A stretch of 64,000 nucleotides of DNA from Candidatus Nezhaarchaeales archaeon (GTDB lineage: Archaea; Thermoproteota; Methanomethylicia; Nezhaarchaeales; WYZ-LMO8): assembly GCA_038887515.1 (NCBI GenBank), contig JAWAKK010000001.1:352001-416000 (forward strand). Reading direction: 5' to 3'. This document shows positions 39,606 through 50,418 of the stretch, piece by piece. Every line of letters starts with the position of its first letter. Position 1 is the first letter of the stretch. The position numbers and the translations under genes were made by a program. A model generated the notes under the pieces. The model made no database searches. It saw only the letters and a list, made by a program, of their open reading frames with translations, and was not told the origin of the DNA.

Positions 39606-40158
39606 ACATTTTCCTCCCCTCTATCATGGCCTGTGCGAGAAGAGTGTACGCCATCTTGGCAGCTCTCTCAGGCATATAGCAATTGGGAACAAGCCCCTTA
39701 CCTAGTATTTCAAGTGCTTGCTCAAACTCTTGCATTCTAACGCCCAAAGGAAGAGTCCAAGCCACAATTATCGGCTTTCCATATCGCCTGCTAGATTCAA
39801 CGATTGCCCTCGAAATGTTGATGGGCGAAGGTGCATGGATTATTGGTGGTGAGATTATCATGTCTATATTAGGGTCTCGGCACATTATTTCAAGAGCCTC
39901 TCTATACATGTCTATATTTTCAAGAATAGAACCCGTAGTATCTACAGGGTTCGTAACTGAAGCTATTGGTGGTAGAATTGCTTTCAACTTCTCAATGCTC
40001 TCCTTAGTCAGTGAGGGGACTTTAAGGCCATACCTTTCACAAGCTATGACAGCAGGTCCTCCTAGAACCGATATTATTCCAACCCTGTTGCCCTTTGGTC
40101 TTAAGGAGCAGGCAAGGGTCATGGAGAGCTCGTAGAGCTCCTCGAAACTTTCAGCCTG
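39586..40158 (-). pseudogene. acdA: C-terminal fragment of ADP-forming acetate/acyl-CoA synthetase alpha subunit
   Basis: QAESFEELYE..PKGNRVGIIS..GGP..ACERYGL..NPVDTTG..PERAA; CoA-binding N-terminal half and catalytic His region absent. Confidence 0.75.
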
Positions 40159-40539
40159 ATCTTCAAAGGCCCCTCTGCAATATAGTGTCCGAGGAGGTTC
40201 TCGATTTTCACTAGACGTTCCATTGACTTGCCCTCAAATGTAATCATCGAGACTTATATATTAAGGATATCCAAAGCCTTGAAAATTAATTTGATGACAT
40301 AAGAACGTTGTAAGCTCAAGAAGCGCTAAGCTCTTCTTTGGGACGTCGAGGCTCCGCATCGTAATAGCTTCTCAAGATAGCATCAATATAGTTGATGACA
40401 ATTTATGAAATGGATAGTCAAATGAATTCGATGTGGCATTTTGATGCTTAAAGGAAAGAGGAGTTGAAGCTTTAAGTGATTTGCGCATCAAGCTTCATTT
40501 AGAAGAAATTTTTAAACTTCCTTCGATTAGCCGCTCATC

Positions 40540-41727
40540 GTGTGGTGGCTAAGCTTCGTCCTTCACGAAGCAGGGTTTAACCTGCTGTTGATATTGCTGC
40601 CACTCTACGTGGTCTCCATTGGTGGATCGCTCACTGATGTAGGCATTATGTGTATGATAGGGCAGCTCGTAGCCATTCCAGCTTCAATGTTTTGGGGCTA
40701 CATCTGCGATAAAGCGAGGAGTTACAAGCCCTTCATCATCTTATCCTTCTCATCCCTCTCAATAGCTATATACTCCTTAGTAGTGGTAACTAAAGTAAGT
40801 CATCTGATCTTCCTTTATGCTATATTATCAATATTTCATTCAGCTCACGGTCCTCCACGAAATGTGCTGATAGCAGAACTACACACATATGAAGAATGGA
40901 AAAGGAGCTTTGCAGTATTTGGAGGGTTCGCGGAGATCGGGCGGCTTATAGGATTGCTCATGGGCGCCTACATTTCATTTAGCGGGGCAAGTACCATCTC
41001 TCTGATATCCTTATGTGGTAGCCTACACATAGCTGCCCTCCTCTTATCCATCATCCTTATTAGAGATCCCATTTTGATTCTAGAGCGCCGTTTAGTATAC
41101 ATAAAGAGGATGGTGGACTTAGTAGATAGAGGGACTTATGCTTTCTGTAAAGCTCTCGATGGGTTCTCTAGAGTTTGTAACCTTAAGGAGGTGAATGTAA
41201 AAGCTTTTTATGCTGGATTAACCTTCTTCCAAGCAGCATCAACCATGCTCTTCACTCCATTGCCTATATTTCTCTCACGTGAACTAGCCCTCCAACAAGG
41301 CCTAGTCTTCACTATATATACCTTAAACTCCTTGGGTGTTGTTCTAGGTTACTTACACCTAATTTATCGATCTAGCGAAAATGTTGAGAAGACCTCTTTG
41401 CTTAAAGTCGTGCTACTAAGAAGTGTAACGGTCTTCTTAATGTTCATTGCACTATCATCGACCTTTAATGTAGTGATAATTACAGCGTTGCTAACCCTGC
41501 TAGGCTATCTCTATGCGCTATTCTACGTCTATGTGTTGACTATTTCTATGGAGCTTTTACCTCCTAAGAAAGTGGGGTTAATTGACGCCATAATAAACCT
41601 GGGCTCGGTTTATGGAGCCTTTATTGGACAGCTTATAGCCGATAAGGTGGGCTTTAACTACGTGTTCCTATTGAGTGGGCTAACATTCTTCGCTTCATTC
41701 ATAGCGTTTAAAGTCTTCAATAGATAG
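40540..41727 (+). CDS. MFS transporter
   Basis: About 12 TM; WGYICDK motif, NVLIAE, GAFIG. Confidence 0.8.
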   Translation: MWWLSFVLHEAGFNLLLILLPLYVVSIGGSLTDVGIMCMIGQLVAIPASMFWGYICDKARSYKPFIILSFSSLSIAIYSLVVVTKVSHLIFLYAILSIFHSAHGPPRNVLIAELHTYEEWKRSFAVFGGFAEIGRLIGLLMGAYISFSGASTISLISLCGSLHIAALLLSIILIRDPILILERRLVYIKRMVDLVDRGTYAFCKALDGFSRVCNLKEVNVKAFYAGLTFFQAASTMLFTPLPIFLSRELALQQGLVFTIYTLNSLGVVLGYLHLIYRSSENVEKTSLLKVVLLRSVTVFLMFIALSSTFNVVIITALLTLLGYLYALFYVYVLTISMELLPPKKVGLIDAIINLGSVYGAFIGQLIADKVGFNYVFLLSGLTFFASFIAFKVFNR

Positions 41728-41854
41728 TTGTTTGACCATAAAGCTACTAGCCTAGAAATATGTGTCTTTGATGTAAAATGCTGCTTTAAGAGAAGACCTG
41801 AGCAACTCTAACTGTTCACACGGCAGTAAGCAACATTAATTAATGTACGCTTCC

Positions 41855-42955
41855 TCAAACTTCAAAATGCTTCGCAAGCACTTTAACTCTTGAGGCTTTA
41901 ATTTGCACAAAAACCGTGGCTCCGGGTTTAACATTGAAATCGTCAAGATAATCCGGGTTAATCTCAGCTTTTAGGTTAACATTGCCTAAATCGACGTCAA
42001 CCTTAACAACTGATCCTTCCATATACATGCCTTTTACCCTTCCCACCAAGATGTTGCATTGGCAGCCTTTCCACTTCGGCTTGACGATCTCCCTCGTAGG
42101 CGATAAAATGATATCTTGAGGTTTTATGACAACTATAACATCTTTAACTTTTTCTGGGAAGTTTCCACAACCCTCAGCATTCAAGATAGTGTCTCCAACA
42201 TCGACAGAGACGCGTCCATCCTCGATTGAAATGACATGTCCATCAAGGACATTATAGCCTAAAAATTCTGCGATGAATTTTGAACTTGGATTTTCAAATA
42301 TAGTCTCAATAGAGCCTACCTGCTCAATCCTTCCATCACTCATTATGGCTATTTTATCACCGACTGCTCTCGCTTCCAACAGGTCGTGAGTTGTATGTAT
42401 GACTGAAGTGCCAAATTGACGGAAGACCTCCTTAAGCATACCGCAGATTTCTCTTCTAAAAACTTCTCTTGTAGGTGGGTCCAGCGCTGAGCACGGTTCA
42501 TCTAACAATAAAACGTCAGGTTTAGCTGCTAAGGCTCTCGCAATAGCCACCCTCTGTTTCTGCCCAGAACTCAGGGACTCGACACTTTTATTCATTAAAT
42601 TCTCAATTTGAAGTAGGCGTACGATCCTTTGAAGATCATTTAATCCCATGCCCTTCGATTTCTTAAATGCAAGCTGAATATTCCGCTCAACAGTCATATT
42701 CGGGAACAACACGTAATCAGCTGGTACATACCCGACTCTCCTCTTTTCTGGTGGAAGATCCGTGACGTCAATTCCGTTAATTATTATCTTTCCGGAATCG
42801 ATCTTCTGAAGACCGGCTATGCATTCAAGCAGCGTCGTCTTTCCACATCCATTGGGGCCCATTAACGTAAGAATTGTGCCGCACTGAACTTCAAAGCTAA
42901 TATCTGTTAAGAAGAAGGAGCCTCGTTGTGCATGCAAATTTAAAACAGTTATCAT
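41855..42955 (-). CDS. modC: Molybdate/tungstate ABC ATPase with TOBE domains
   Basis: GPNGCGKTT, LSSGQKQRVAIARAL, LDEP, C-terminal TOBE (VFVQIKAS). Confidence 0.85.
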   Translation of the reverse strand: MITVLNLHAQRGSFFLTDISFEVQCGTILTLMGPNGCGKTTLLECIAGLQKIDSGKIIINGIDVTDLPPEKRRVGYVPADYVLFPNMTVERNIQLAFKKSKGMGLNDLQRIVRLLQIENLMNKSVESLSSGQKQRVAIARALAAKPDVLLLDEPCSALDPPTREVFRREICGMLKEVFRQFGTSVIHTTHDLLEARAVGDKIAIMSDGRIEQVGSIETIFENPSSKFIAEFLGYNVLDGHVISIEDGRVSVDVGDTILNAEGCGNFPEKVKDVIVVIKPQDIILSPTREIVKPKWKGCQCNILVGRVKGMYMEGSVVKVDVDLGNVNLKAEINPDYLDDFNVKPGATVFVQIKASRVKVLAKHFEV

Positions 42956-43758
42956 ATAGCGAGCCCCCCGTACAAGAGCTTTCTAGTAGCTATTAATGCT
43001 AGGCAAGCTGTGAAGAGGAGAATAAATGACAAAGCAGCCACATTTCCTAAGTCTGCTGCAACGAGATTAAGATAGAGCGCGATGGGTAAGGTTTCAGTCT
43101 TGAATCTAGTAGCACCGGCAAGCATGAGTGTTGCGCCAAACTCTCCCAACGCTTTAGCCCAAGATATGAGGGCTGCTCCAAGAATGCATCGCTTAGCAGC
43201 TGGCAACGTTACATATAGGAAAGTCTCCAACTCCGTGTATCCAAATGTCCGAGCAACTCTTTCATAGCGAGCAGGTACTCCATCGAAAGTCTCTTTTAGG
43301 AGCTTTATTGTTAAAGCGCTTATTACAGCTAATTGGGCTACGATGATCCCCGGGACTTCGAAGACAATCCTTACAACACTTTCATTTATGAACATACCTA
43401 GAGGATTTCTCGCGAAGAAAATAAGTAGCATAACTCCTAGTGCGACTGGAGGAACTGCTATAGGTACGTCTAGGAAGCCTTCAATCACGGTTTTCCCCCG
43501 AAATTCGAGACGAGATAGAGCGTAAGCTACTGGAATGCCGATGACTAGAGAGATTAAAGTTGAACATGTAGCGGTAAAGATTGAGAGGGAGAGAGCGAAC
43601 CTTACTTCATCAGAGATAAAAGCATATGCGAGCTGCCAAGGATCAACAAAGATTGCTGGCGATGTAAAGACGCATAAGAAGAATATCAAAATGAGTATTA
43701 AGAAGGAGAACACTACGACTCTGAACACATTGGGCTTCATGCTACCCAAGCTCCTCAA
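42952..43758 (-). CDS. modB: Molybdate/tungstate ABC permease
   Basis: PIAVPPVALG, YERVARTFG, WAKALGEFGAT, TETLPIA. Confidence 0.9.
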   Translation of the reverse strand: MRSLGSMKPNVFRVVVFSFLILILIFFLCVFTSPAIFVDPWQLAYAFISDEVRFALSLSIFTATCSTLISLVIGIPVAYALSRLEFRGKTVIEGFLDVPIAVPPVALGVMLLIFFARNPLGMFINESVVRIVFEVPGIIVAQLAVISALTIKLLKETFDGVPARYERVARTFGYTELETFLYVTLPAAKRCILGAALISWAKALGEFGATLMLAGATRFKTETLPIALYLNLVAADLGNVAALSFILLFTACLALIATRKLLYGGLAI

Positions 43759-44605
43759 TTATTGCATTTGGAGCATAGGCTCTAGCTTCCTCTAATGTCG
43801 AGAAGTATCCATACTTTGCCCAAACGCCATGCATGTCCTGTGAAGTTAAGAAGTCTAGAAACTTCTCGGCAAGAACTTTATTTTTACTATATGTTGACAC
43901 TGCTCCAGCTATGTAGCCTATCTTCAGGATCTTATTCGGTTCGATCCACACGATGTCAGTCTTCTCGGGGCTCCAATAATGGAAAACGTGCCACCCGATT
44001 ACGGCATCCACAGTACCAATGTAGATTAGCTGAGCCGTCGCCTCGCAGCTAGCCGCGTAAACAGCAATATTCTTACTAACAGCTTCCCAAAGCCCATTTA
44101 TCTCTAAAAGCTCCTTAGCGTAAAGACCGACACAAACAGATTTAGGATCAGCTATTCCAACATGGATTCCAGGTCTTGCAAGATCCTCAATTGACGTGAT
44201 GTTCTTCGGATTTCCTTTCTGAACAATGATTGCTGGAACTAGATAAGCAAGTATTTTTGCTGGGTGCTCAGTAAGGTTAACAACATTCCTCTCATTTGCC
44301 AAAATAAGATATTCTGGCGAACCCGGAATATAGACGTCGCCTGTTCTTGCAATTTCCATAGACGACAGCAAACTCCCTGAGCCACCAAGCTTCAACTCAA
44401 CTTTAATGCCATACTTCGATTCAAAAATGCTAGCAGCTTCTCTATAAACGGGAGCGGCGGCTGCACCAGCGAATACGACGATCGATTGATCTGCTGGGTT
44501 GCTACCATAGAACGTATAAATGACTACTCCAAGTGCAACTAATATGAGACCAATCAGAGAAGATATGTTCAAAAGTCTCAAATGAGACCTGCTTGGCTTC
44601 ATCAA
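43742..44605 (-). CDS. modA: Molybdate/tungstate ABC substrate-binding protein
   Basis: VFAGAA, GGSGSL, GDVYIPGS, VQKGNPKNI, N-terminal TM anchor. Confidence 0.9.
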   Translation of the reverse strand: MMKPSRSHLRLLNISSLIGLILVALGVVIYTFYGSNPADQSIVVFAGAAAAPVYREAASIFESKYGIKVELKLGGSGSLLSSMEIARTGDVYIPGSPEYLILANERNVVNLTEHPAKILAYLVPAIIVQKGNPKNITSIEDLARPGIHVGIADPKSVCVGLYAKELLEINGLWEAVSKNIAVYAASCEATAQLIYIGTVDAVIGWHVFHYWSPEKTDIVWIEPNKILKIGYIAGAVSTYSKNKVLAEKFLDFLTSQDMHGVWAKYGYFSTLEEARAYAPNAIIEELG

Positions 44606-44802
44606 TTATCGTCCTTTTATTGCTGGGAAGAGATGGTTATATCTTCAACCTTATAAGACCTACTGAAAACTAGTTTTAACTTTCTATAGTTAACAATTTA
44701 ATTTAAATTCATAGTAATGGCGTAGAGCTTATGGTTTCTGGAGTAATGTTTATAAGCAAATTCATATCATTAGTGTTACGAACTGATAGTTAAGGTGTTA
44801 CC

Positions 44803-45456
44803 ATGCATATACCAGATGGTTTTCTAGATTTTACCACAGCTACCTTAACATATCTCGTAACCATCGGCTATGGCTATGTAGCTTGGAGGAGGTTCAAGGT
44901 CTCCTTTGCTCCTGAAAGAGTATCGCTTCTAGTTATCCTCTCAGTAGCAATATTTGTGGCTCAAATGTTGAATTGGCCTTTACCTGGAGGTACTAGCCTG
45001 CACTTTGTTGGTGGAGCATTAGCTGGAATGCTGCTTGGCCCTTTACTTGGCTTCATATCGTTAGCGCTAGTTGTTGGCGTTCAATGCATCATCTTCCATG
45101 ACGGTGGAGTAACTACGCTTGGAGCCAACCTCTTAAACATGGCGATAATCGCGGTACTAGTGGGTTACGCAACATTCAAGATTACCATCAAGCTCATAGG
45201 AAATAAGCGAAGCTCAAGAGCTATAGGTGCATTTATAGGTGGATGGCTGAGTATCGTGCTAGCTGGTCTTGCGTGTGGTCTTGAGATAGGTTTGTCGCCG
45301 GCATTTGGCTTTTACATTGACGTCACAGTCCCAGTAATGGTTGGGTGGCATGCGATATTAGGTGTAGTAGAGGGTGTGATAACTTCCCTCGTGGTTGACT
45401 TTATCTACACGAGATTACCTATGGCGACCTATAAGGGTGAGGGGGTAAAAGCATGA
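44803..45456 (+). CDS. cbiM: ECF Ni/Co transporter S component (NikM/CbiM)
   Basis: MHIPDGFL N-terminus, GTSLHFVGG, HDGGVTTLGAN, H..GVVEG. Confidence 0.92.
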   Translation: MHIPDGFLDFTTATLTYLVTIGYGYVAWRRFKVSFAPERVSLLVILSVAIFVAQMLNWPLPGGTSLHFVGGALAGMLLGPLLGFISLALVVGVQCIIFHDGGVTTLGANLLNMAIIAVLVGYATFKITIKLIGNKRSSRAIGAFIGGWLSIVLAGLACGLEIGLSPAFGFYIDVTVPVMVGWHAILGVVEGVITSLVVDFIYTRLPMATYKGEGVKA

Positions 45457-45764
45457 GCAACCTCATCAAGAGCAAGAAGGCTTGGACAACAATAATAGTA
45501 CTACTAATTCTAAGCCCAATATTTGGTGTAGTACTAGCTGATATCGTCGGCTATCATGAGCCTCTCGATCTAGCAGCTGAAGCTATAGGTCTTCGTGATG
45601 TGAGCGAGGAAATAACTTGGACTCCATTCTTCGACTACAACGTTCCTGGCTTGCCAGCTGAGATCGGCTACATCATTAGTGGAGCTATAGGGGTCATTGC
45701 TATCACGATGATAGGTTATGGAATCTTAAAATTGGCTGAGAAGAGAGTGAGGAGAAAGGTGTAA
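45453..45764 (+). CDS. ECF Ni/Co transporter auxiliary component (NikN/PDGLE-like)
   Basis: Two TM helices around YHEPLDLAAE..TPFFDYNVPG. Confidence 0.8.
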   Translation: MSNLIKSKKAWTTIIVLLILSPIFGVVLADIVGYHEPLDLAAEAIGLRDVSEEITWTPFFDYNVPGLPAEIGYIISGAIGVIAITMIGYGILKLAEKRVRRKV

Positions 45765-45767
45765 TCT

Positions 45768-46559
45768 TTGTCTAAGAGCCTCTTATCATCGTTTTTAAAC
45801 GGCATAGCCGATGTGTTGGAGGTCTTCTCGTTTGAGAGGAAAGAAGATGTAAAGCTCTTTGACGACAGATCTATTTCTATTTCACTCTTAACGCTAGCTA
45901 TCGCTGTCTCTTTCTCTAAGACCGTATATTCACCTCTAATAGTGCTCTTACTAATAGCCATACTAGCAAGGCTATTCAAAGTAGATGTTAGATACACGCT
46001 GAAAGTAGCAAGCGTAGTGGCTATCTTTGTTATGGGAGTAACGCTCCCAATGGCTTTGTACCAAGCATACATCAGCTACGATGTTAAAGGAGGCTTACTC
46101 GCAAGCTTAATGCCAATAGCGAGCAGCGTCACCATCCCACTAATATTAAGAGCTGTTGCAGCAGCTACTGCCGTAACGCTTATGGTTCAATGCTTGGGGT
46201 TAACAAGATTAATGAAGGTGCTTAGAAGTCTAAGGTTTCCTCCAAAGCTCCTCTTCGTATTAACGTTATACATTAGGTACATACCCATAATGCTAAGACG
46301 GTTAGTAAGATTATTTTCAGCTCGTGAAGCGCGTTTACTGAGCAAAAGTAAATCGAAGAATTCTTGGTTTATGCTGTCAACGGTAGCAGGGAGCTTACTC
46401 ATAATTGGGTTTGAAAAAGCTCTTAGATTACAAATGGCTCTTAAAGCCAGGGGACTCCACTATGATTTGATCCCAACATATTCAGGAAAAATTAGCTTAC
46501 AGGATTCAATATTCATGGCATTAATGCTTGGATTAGCTTTCATGTTGGTGTTGATGTGA
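45768..46559 (+). CDS. cbiQ: ECF transporter T component
   Basis: RYIP, AREAR, ALKARG motifs. Confidence 0.85.
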   Translation: MSKSLLSSFLNGIADVLEVFSFERKEDVKLFDDRSISISLLTLAIAVSFSKTVYSPLIVLLLIAILARLFKVDVRYTLKVASVVAIFVMGVTLPMALYQAYISYDVKGGLLASLMPIASSVTIPLILRAVAAATAVTLMVQCLGLTRLMKVLRSLRFPPKLLFVLTLYIRYIPIMLRRLVRLFSAREARLLSKSKSKNSWFMLSTVAGSLLIIGFEKALRLQMALKARGLHYDLIPTYSGKISLQDSIFMALMLGLAFMLVLM

Positions 46560-46560
46560 A

Positions 46561-47493
46561 ATGAGTGAAAATGAGCCCCTAAAGCCACTAATAGAGCTTG
46601 AGAATGTGTCATACACATATCCTGATGGAACTTGCGCACTTAAGAAGATTAGCGTTAAAATACCAGAGAAGAGCATTATTGCGATAACAGGGGCTAATGG
46701 ATCCGGTAAGAGCACCTTGCTTCTGATAATGGCCGGCTTATTAGATCCTCAAGAGGGCTGCGTTAGGTTTAGAGGCATAGACATGAAGAAGCTTGGACAC
46801 AAAGTAAGGCGCGAAATAGGAGTAGTCTTTCAAGACCCCGATGATCAGCTCTTCGCACCAACAGTCTACGACGACATAGCCTTTGGCTTAAGGCTTCTGA
46901 AGTTAAGTGAGAAAGAAGTTAGAGCGCGCGTCTATGAGATAGCGCGCGAGCTGGGCATCGAGAACTTGCTGAATAGACCTCCACATAGGCTTAGTGGTGG
47001 CGAGAAGCGTAGAGTAGCTCTCGCCACAACTCTGATCTTAAATCCATCAGTACTACTCCTAGACGAACCCTTCTCAGACTTAACTCCTTACGCAGTCGAG
47101 TACTTAATGGACTTTATCATGAAGCTTAGAGGCTCTGGGAGGACCATAGTGTTCACGAGTCACGATATAGACATCGTCGCTGAGTTATCCGATTACGTCT
47201 ACGTCTTAGCCAAAGGTCAGTTAATAGCTCAAGGAAAGCCTAACGAGGTTCTGTGCAACGATGAGCTGTTGAGCAAAGCCGAGATGAGACCTCCAACAGT
47301 GACGATCATATATAGAGAGCTTATGGGCTATAGTGATAGATGTCCCATTAAGATGTCAGAACTTTTATCAATACTAAGAAGTAGAATCGTAGCCCCTCAT
47401 TCGCATGATGGTGTGGCATGCAATAAGTTTGCCTTAAGTGAGGAGAAAATCAGCTATCTAACAAAATCACCACAATATGATGGGAGTTTCTGA
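46561..47493 (+). CDS. cbiO: ECF transporter ATPase
   Basis: YPDGT, GANGSGKST, VFQDPDDQLFAPTV, LSGGEKRR. Confidence 0.92.
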   Translation: MSENEPLKPLIELENVSYTYPDGTCALKKISVKIPEKSIIAITGANGSGKSTLLLIMAGLLDPQEGCVRFRGIDMKKLGHKVRREIGVVFQDPDDQLFAPTVYDDIAFGLRLLKLSEKEVRARVYEIARELGIENLLNRPPHRLSGGEKRRVALATTLILNPSVLLLDEPFSDLTPYAVEYLMDFIMKLRGSGRTIVFTSHDIDIVAELSDYVYVLAKGQLIAQGKPNEVLCNDELLSKAEMRPPTVTIIYRELMGYSDRCPIKMSELLSILRSRIVAPHSHDGVACNKFALSEEKISYLTKSPQYDGSF

Positions 47494-47718
47494 CGGCGAT
47501 GACGATCACCATGGCATAATGACATCAACATGCGATGAGAGGGCTGTAGATTATTAATGTCATAACCTAAATGATGAGATTCATCTCGTATTATCGTCAC
47601 GTGACTAAAGTCAACAGCTATGATAGGATAGGAGAAAGGCTACGGATGGATTATTCATCCAAAGTCTTTATAACTCTGAATTTAAGAGACAGCGAGGGGT
47701 GTCGGTGGTTTTTAGGAG

Positions 47719-48009
47719 ATGAAGGCTATCATTATAATCGGTGATGGAATGGCTGATCGACCGTTAGAGGAGCTCAACTTCATGACTCCATTGGAAGCTA
47801 CTAGAGTAAACAACATGAACTGGCTTGCCTCAAATGGCATTTCAGGGCTTCTCTGTTCAACAGTTCCTGAAAGTGATGTAGCGAACTTAGCCGTCTTCGG
47901 CTATGATCCCTCTAGCGTTTACACTGGTAGAGGGGGGTTCGAAGCTGTTGGAGCTGGAGTCCAACTTTTGGATGAAGATTTAGCTTTTAGATGCGACTTC
48001 GCCACTATT
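47719..48009 (+). pseudogene. apgM: N-terminal fragment of cofactor-independent phosphoglycerate mutase (ApgM family)
   Basis: IIGDGMADRP..TPLE..SDVANL..GYDP..YTGRG..EA..LAFRCDFAT, then similarity ends. Confidence 0.8.
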
Positions 48010-48320
48010 CTTACAGCTCTATCAAGGAGCTCTACGAGGTTGTAGAACGTGTCCCTAAATATCCCGCATATCGTGACCACTACATCTATTCTAGGTCTAC
48101 CGAGCTCTGAGAGAGGTATTACTTCGAGGTCCCTAATGTACAGGCCTCTCCAAACAGGTTTTACACCTAGAAGGTGGAATATTGCTGCTAGCGTCTCTCC
48201 ACCGGTCTTCATGGTCTCAAAGGCCCATAAAACAACGCCAACGGCCTTCGGGTACCTCCCATTCTTCTGGTAGAACCTCTTAAGATATTCTTCAGCTATC
48301 TTCTTACCTCTCTCCTCCTT
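48010..48320 (-). pseudogene. cobN: Internal fragment of cobaltochelatase CobN/Mg-chelatase H
   Basis: GRYPKAVGVVLWAFETMKTGGE..LGVKPVW..IPLSELGRPRIDVVVTICGIFRDTF..LLDRAV. Confidence 0.85.
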
Positions 48321-48418
48321 CTTGCAATCTTCACTACGCCTACTATCAAAAATGGTATCGCAATGGCGAACCAAACTGCTACCCATAATGGAGAAAGAAA
48401 ACCATCCATTATATGCAT
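48296..48418 (-). pseudogene. cbiM: N-terminal fragment of a second CbiM, fused out of frame to the cobN fragment
   Basis: ATG at 48418 reads MHIMDGFLSPLWVAVWFAIAIPFLIVGVVKIAR, then runs into cobN sequence and stops. Confidence 0.8.
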
Positions 48419-48649
48419 AGGAATCACTAGCTGGATAGATTATCCAGCCAACTCATATAAAACTTACCATCAACGTAATTACTGTTGGGAAGAGATGTCT
48501 TAAAGCAAGATGTTGGCTTCTCTGTTTATGAAGTCGTGACCGCACTTAGCCTATATTAAGGTTAGATGGTCAACTTACTTAGCCATTTAAGGACGAGGTC
48601 TAGAGTGAAGTTTAAATTGTTGGTTAGCTTCACCTATCCTTAAGGCTGG

Positions 48650-49333
48650 ATGGGTTATCCAACCATGGATCAACATCACGATCCTGATGACATTCAAGCT
48701 TCGAGGGCACTTCTATCCATGAGCATCAATAAGGTTAGAGAGCTTATTGGAGATTACTTAAGAAGTTTGCCAGCAAGCCATGCGAGAATCGTTGAGCGAG
48801 TCGTGCATGCTACTGCGGATCCAGAGTTTGCTAAACTAGTAGTTATAAGTAATGGAGCTGTCGAAAGTGGGATCAAAGCCATAAGGGCTGGCGCAAAGGT
48901 CGTGACCGACGTTAAGATGGTTAAAGCCGGGTTGAGAGAAGTAGGGCTTAGAAGGTTTGGAGGAAGAGTTGAGTGCTACGTGGATGATGAAAGAGCCATT
49001 AAGGTAGCTCGAGAAGAAGGAATAACTAGAACTGCAGCGGCAATGCGAGTCGCCGTCGAGATGGGGTTAAACGGAGCGATAGTCCTGATCGGGATATCTC
49101 CCAGTGCAACACTTGAGCTGGTTTCAGCTATTAAGAGAGGAGAAGCAAAGCCAGCTCTGATAGTTGCAACACCAGTTGGTTTCATAGGGGCTAGAGAGTC
49201 TAAAGAGGAGGTCATGAAGCTACCAATCCCCTACATAGTCGTAACAGGTTCAAAGGGTGGTAGCCCCGTAGCTGTAGCAATATTCAATGCGCTATTAACG
49301 TTAGCAGAAGAGGGTATGGAGGGCTTCACTTGA
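48650..49333 (+). CDS. cbiC: Cobalt-precorrin-8 methylmutase
   Basis: RVVHATAD, TDVKMV, TRTAAAM, PVGFIGARESK, KGGSPVA. Confidence 0.92.
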   Translation: MGYPTMDQHHDPDDIQASRALLSMSINKVRELIGDYLRSLPASHARIVERVVHATADPEFAKLVVISNGAVESGIKAIRAGAKVVTDVKMVKAGLREVGLRRFGGRVECYVDDERAIKVAREEGITRTAAAMRVAVEMGLNGAIVLIGISPSATLELVSAIKRGEAKPALIVATPVGFIGARESKEEVMKLPIPYIVVTGSKGGSPVAVAIFNALLTLAEEGMEGFT

Positions 49334-50418
49334 AGTTTCTAAAGTACGGGATTTCGACAGGTGCATGTGCAGCTGCTGCAGCTAAAGCTGCTGCTCTAGC
49401 CTTGATGGGGGTCAAGACTGATAAAGTCAGCATTCCAACACCTATTGGACTACGACTTGAAGTACCTGTTGAAGGGTGTCGAAGAATCGACGATGAGAGG
49501 GCAGTGGCTTGGGTGGTAAAGGATCCTGGAGATGACGTTGACGTAACTAGGGGGCTTAAAATACATGCTACTGTTAGGCTTACTAGAGATGGAGAGATCG
49601 TCATAAAAGGTGGAGAAGGCATCGGAGTAGTCACCAAGCCTGGATTACCAGTCCCCGTAGGAGAGGCGGCTATAAACCCCGTGCCCAGAATGATGATCAA
49701 ACAAGCTCTTCAAGAAGTACTGCCTCCAGGCATTGGCGCCGAGGTCTTGATAGAGGTCCCCGGCGGTGATGAGGTAGCAAAGAGGACCCTCAACCCAAAG
49801 CTTGGCATCATTGGAGGAATATCGATTCTAGGCACCACCGGAATCGTGAAACCACACTCTACTTCAGCATATAAGCGTTCGCTCTCAGTTCAAGTAGACG
49901 TAGCTTTGGCTAATGGGCATGATAGAATAGTCATAGTTCCTGGGAACGTTGGTGCGAGGGTTGCCAGACAGCTCCTCAAAATCCCAGATGAGGCTATAGT
50001 GCAAGCAGGCGACTTCATCGGCTACATGCTTCGTAAAGCAGTAGAGAAGGGGGTGAAAGAAATCCTGCTAGTTGGACATGCAGGTAAGCTTGTGAAGATC
50101 GCAGCAGGCATCTTCAATACTCATCATAAAGTTGCTGATGCTAGAATGGAGGTCATTGCAGCATATGCTGCTGCAGCAGGAGCTGATAATCATCTAGTTA
50201 AGAGAATCTTAGAAGCTAACACAACGGAGGAGGCTATTAAGCTCCTTCAACTTCATGGAATCCTTAAGCAAACCTTCAACATGATTGCTGATAGAGCCAG
50301 GTCTAGGTGCATTGACCTAATCGATGGAAGGGCAAACGTAGGCATCATAATAGTGTCGCTTGAAGGTGAGGTTTTAGGAGTTAGTGGCGTTGATAGGTGG
50401 TTGTCAGCACATGGCTAA
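49330..50418 (+). CDS. cbiD: Cobalt-precorrin-5B C1-methyltransferase
   Basis: GISTGACAAAAA, KDPGDDVDVT, AINPVPR, TLNPKLGIIGGISILGTTGIV, GKLVK. Confidence 0.95.
   Translation: MKFLKYGISTGACAAAAAKAAALALMGVKTDKVSIPTPIGLRLEVPVEGCRRIDDERAVAWVVKDPGDDVDVTRGLKIHATVRLTRDGEIVIKGGEGIGVVTKPGLPVPVGEAAINPVPRMMIKQALQEVLPPGIGAEVLIEVPGGDEVAKRTLNPKLGIIGGISILGTTGIVKPHSTSAYKRSLSVQVDVALANGHDRIVIVPGNVGARVARQLLKIPDEAIVQAGDFIGYMLRKAVEKGVKEILLVGHAGKLVKIAAGIFNTHHKVADARMEVIAAYAAAAGADNHLVKRILEANTTEEAIKLLQLHGILKQTFNMIADRARSRCIDLIDGRANVGIIIVSLEGEVLGVSGVDRWLSAHG

Noticed and set aside
44606-44802. NikR or ModE operator between modA and the ECF operon
   Set aside because: Only weak imperfect symmetry (GTAATG..CATTAG) with non-canonical spacing.
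47460-47560. His/Asp-rich alternative frame after cbiO (NHHNMMGVSDGDDDHHG)
   Set aside because: Short, bounded by stops and without a supported start; could be chance.
47919-48386. 155-aa ORF as a real gene
   Set aside because: It is a chimera: off-frame cbiM, a cobN fragment and antisense apgM.
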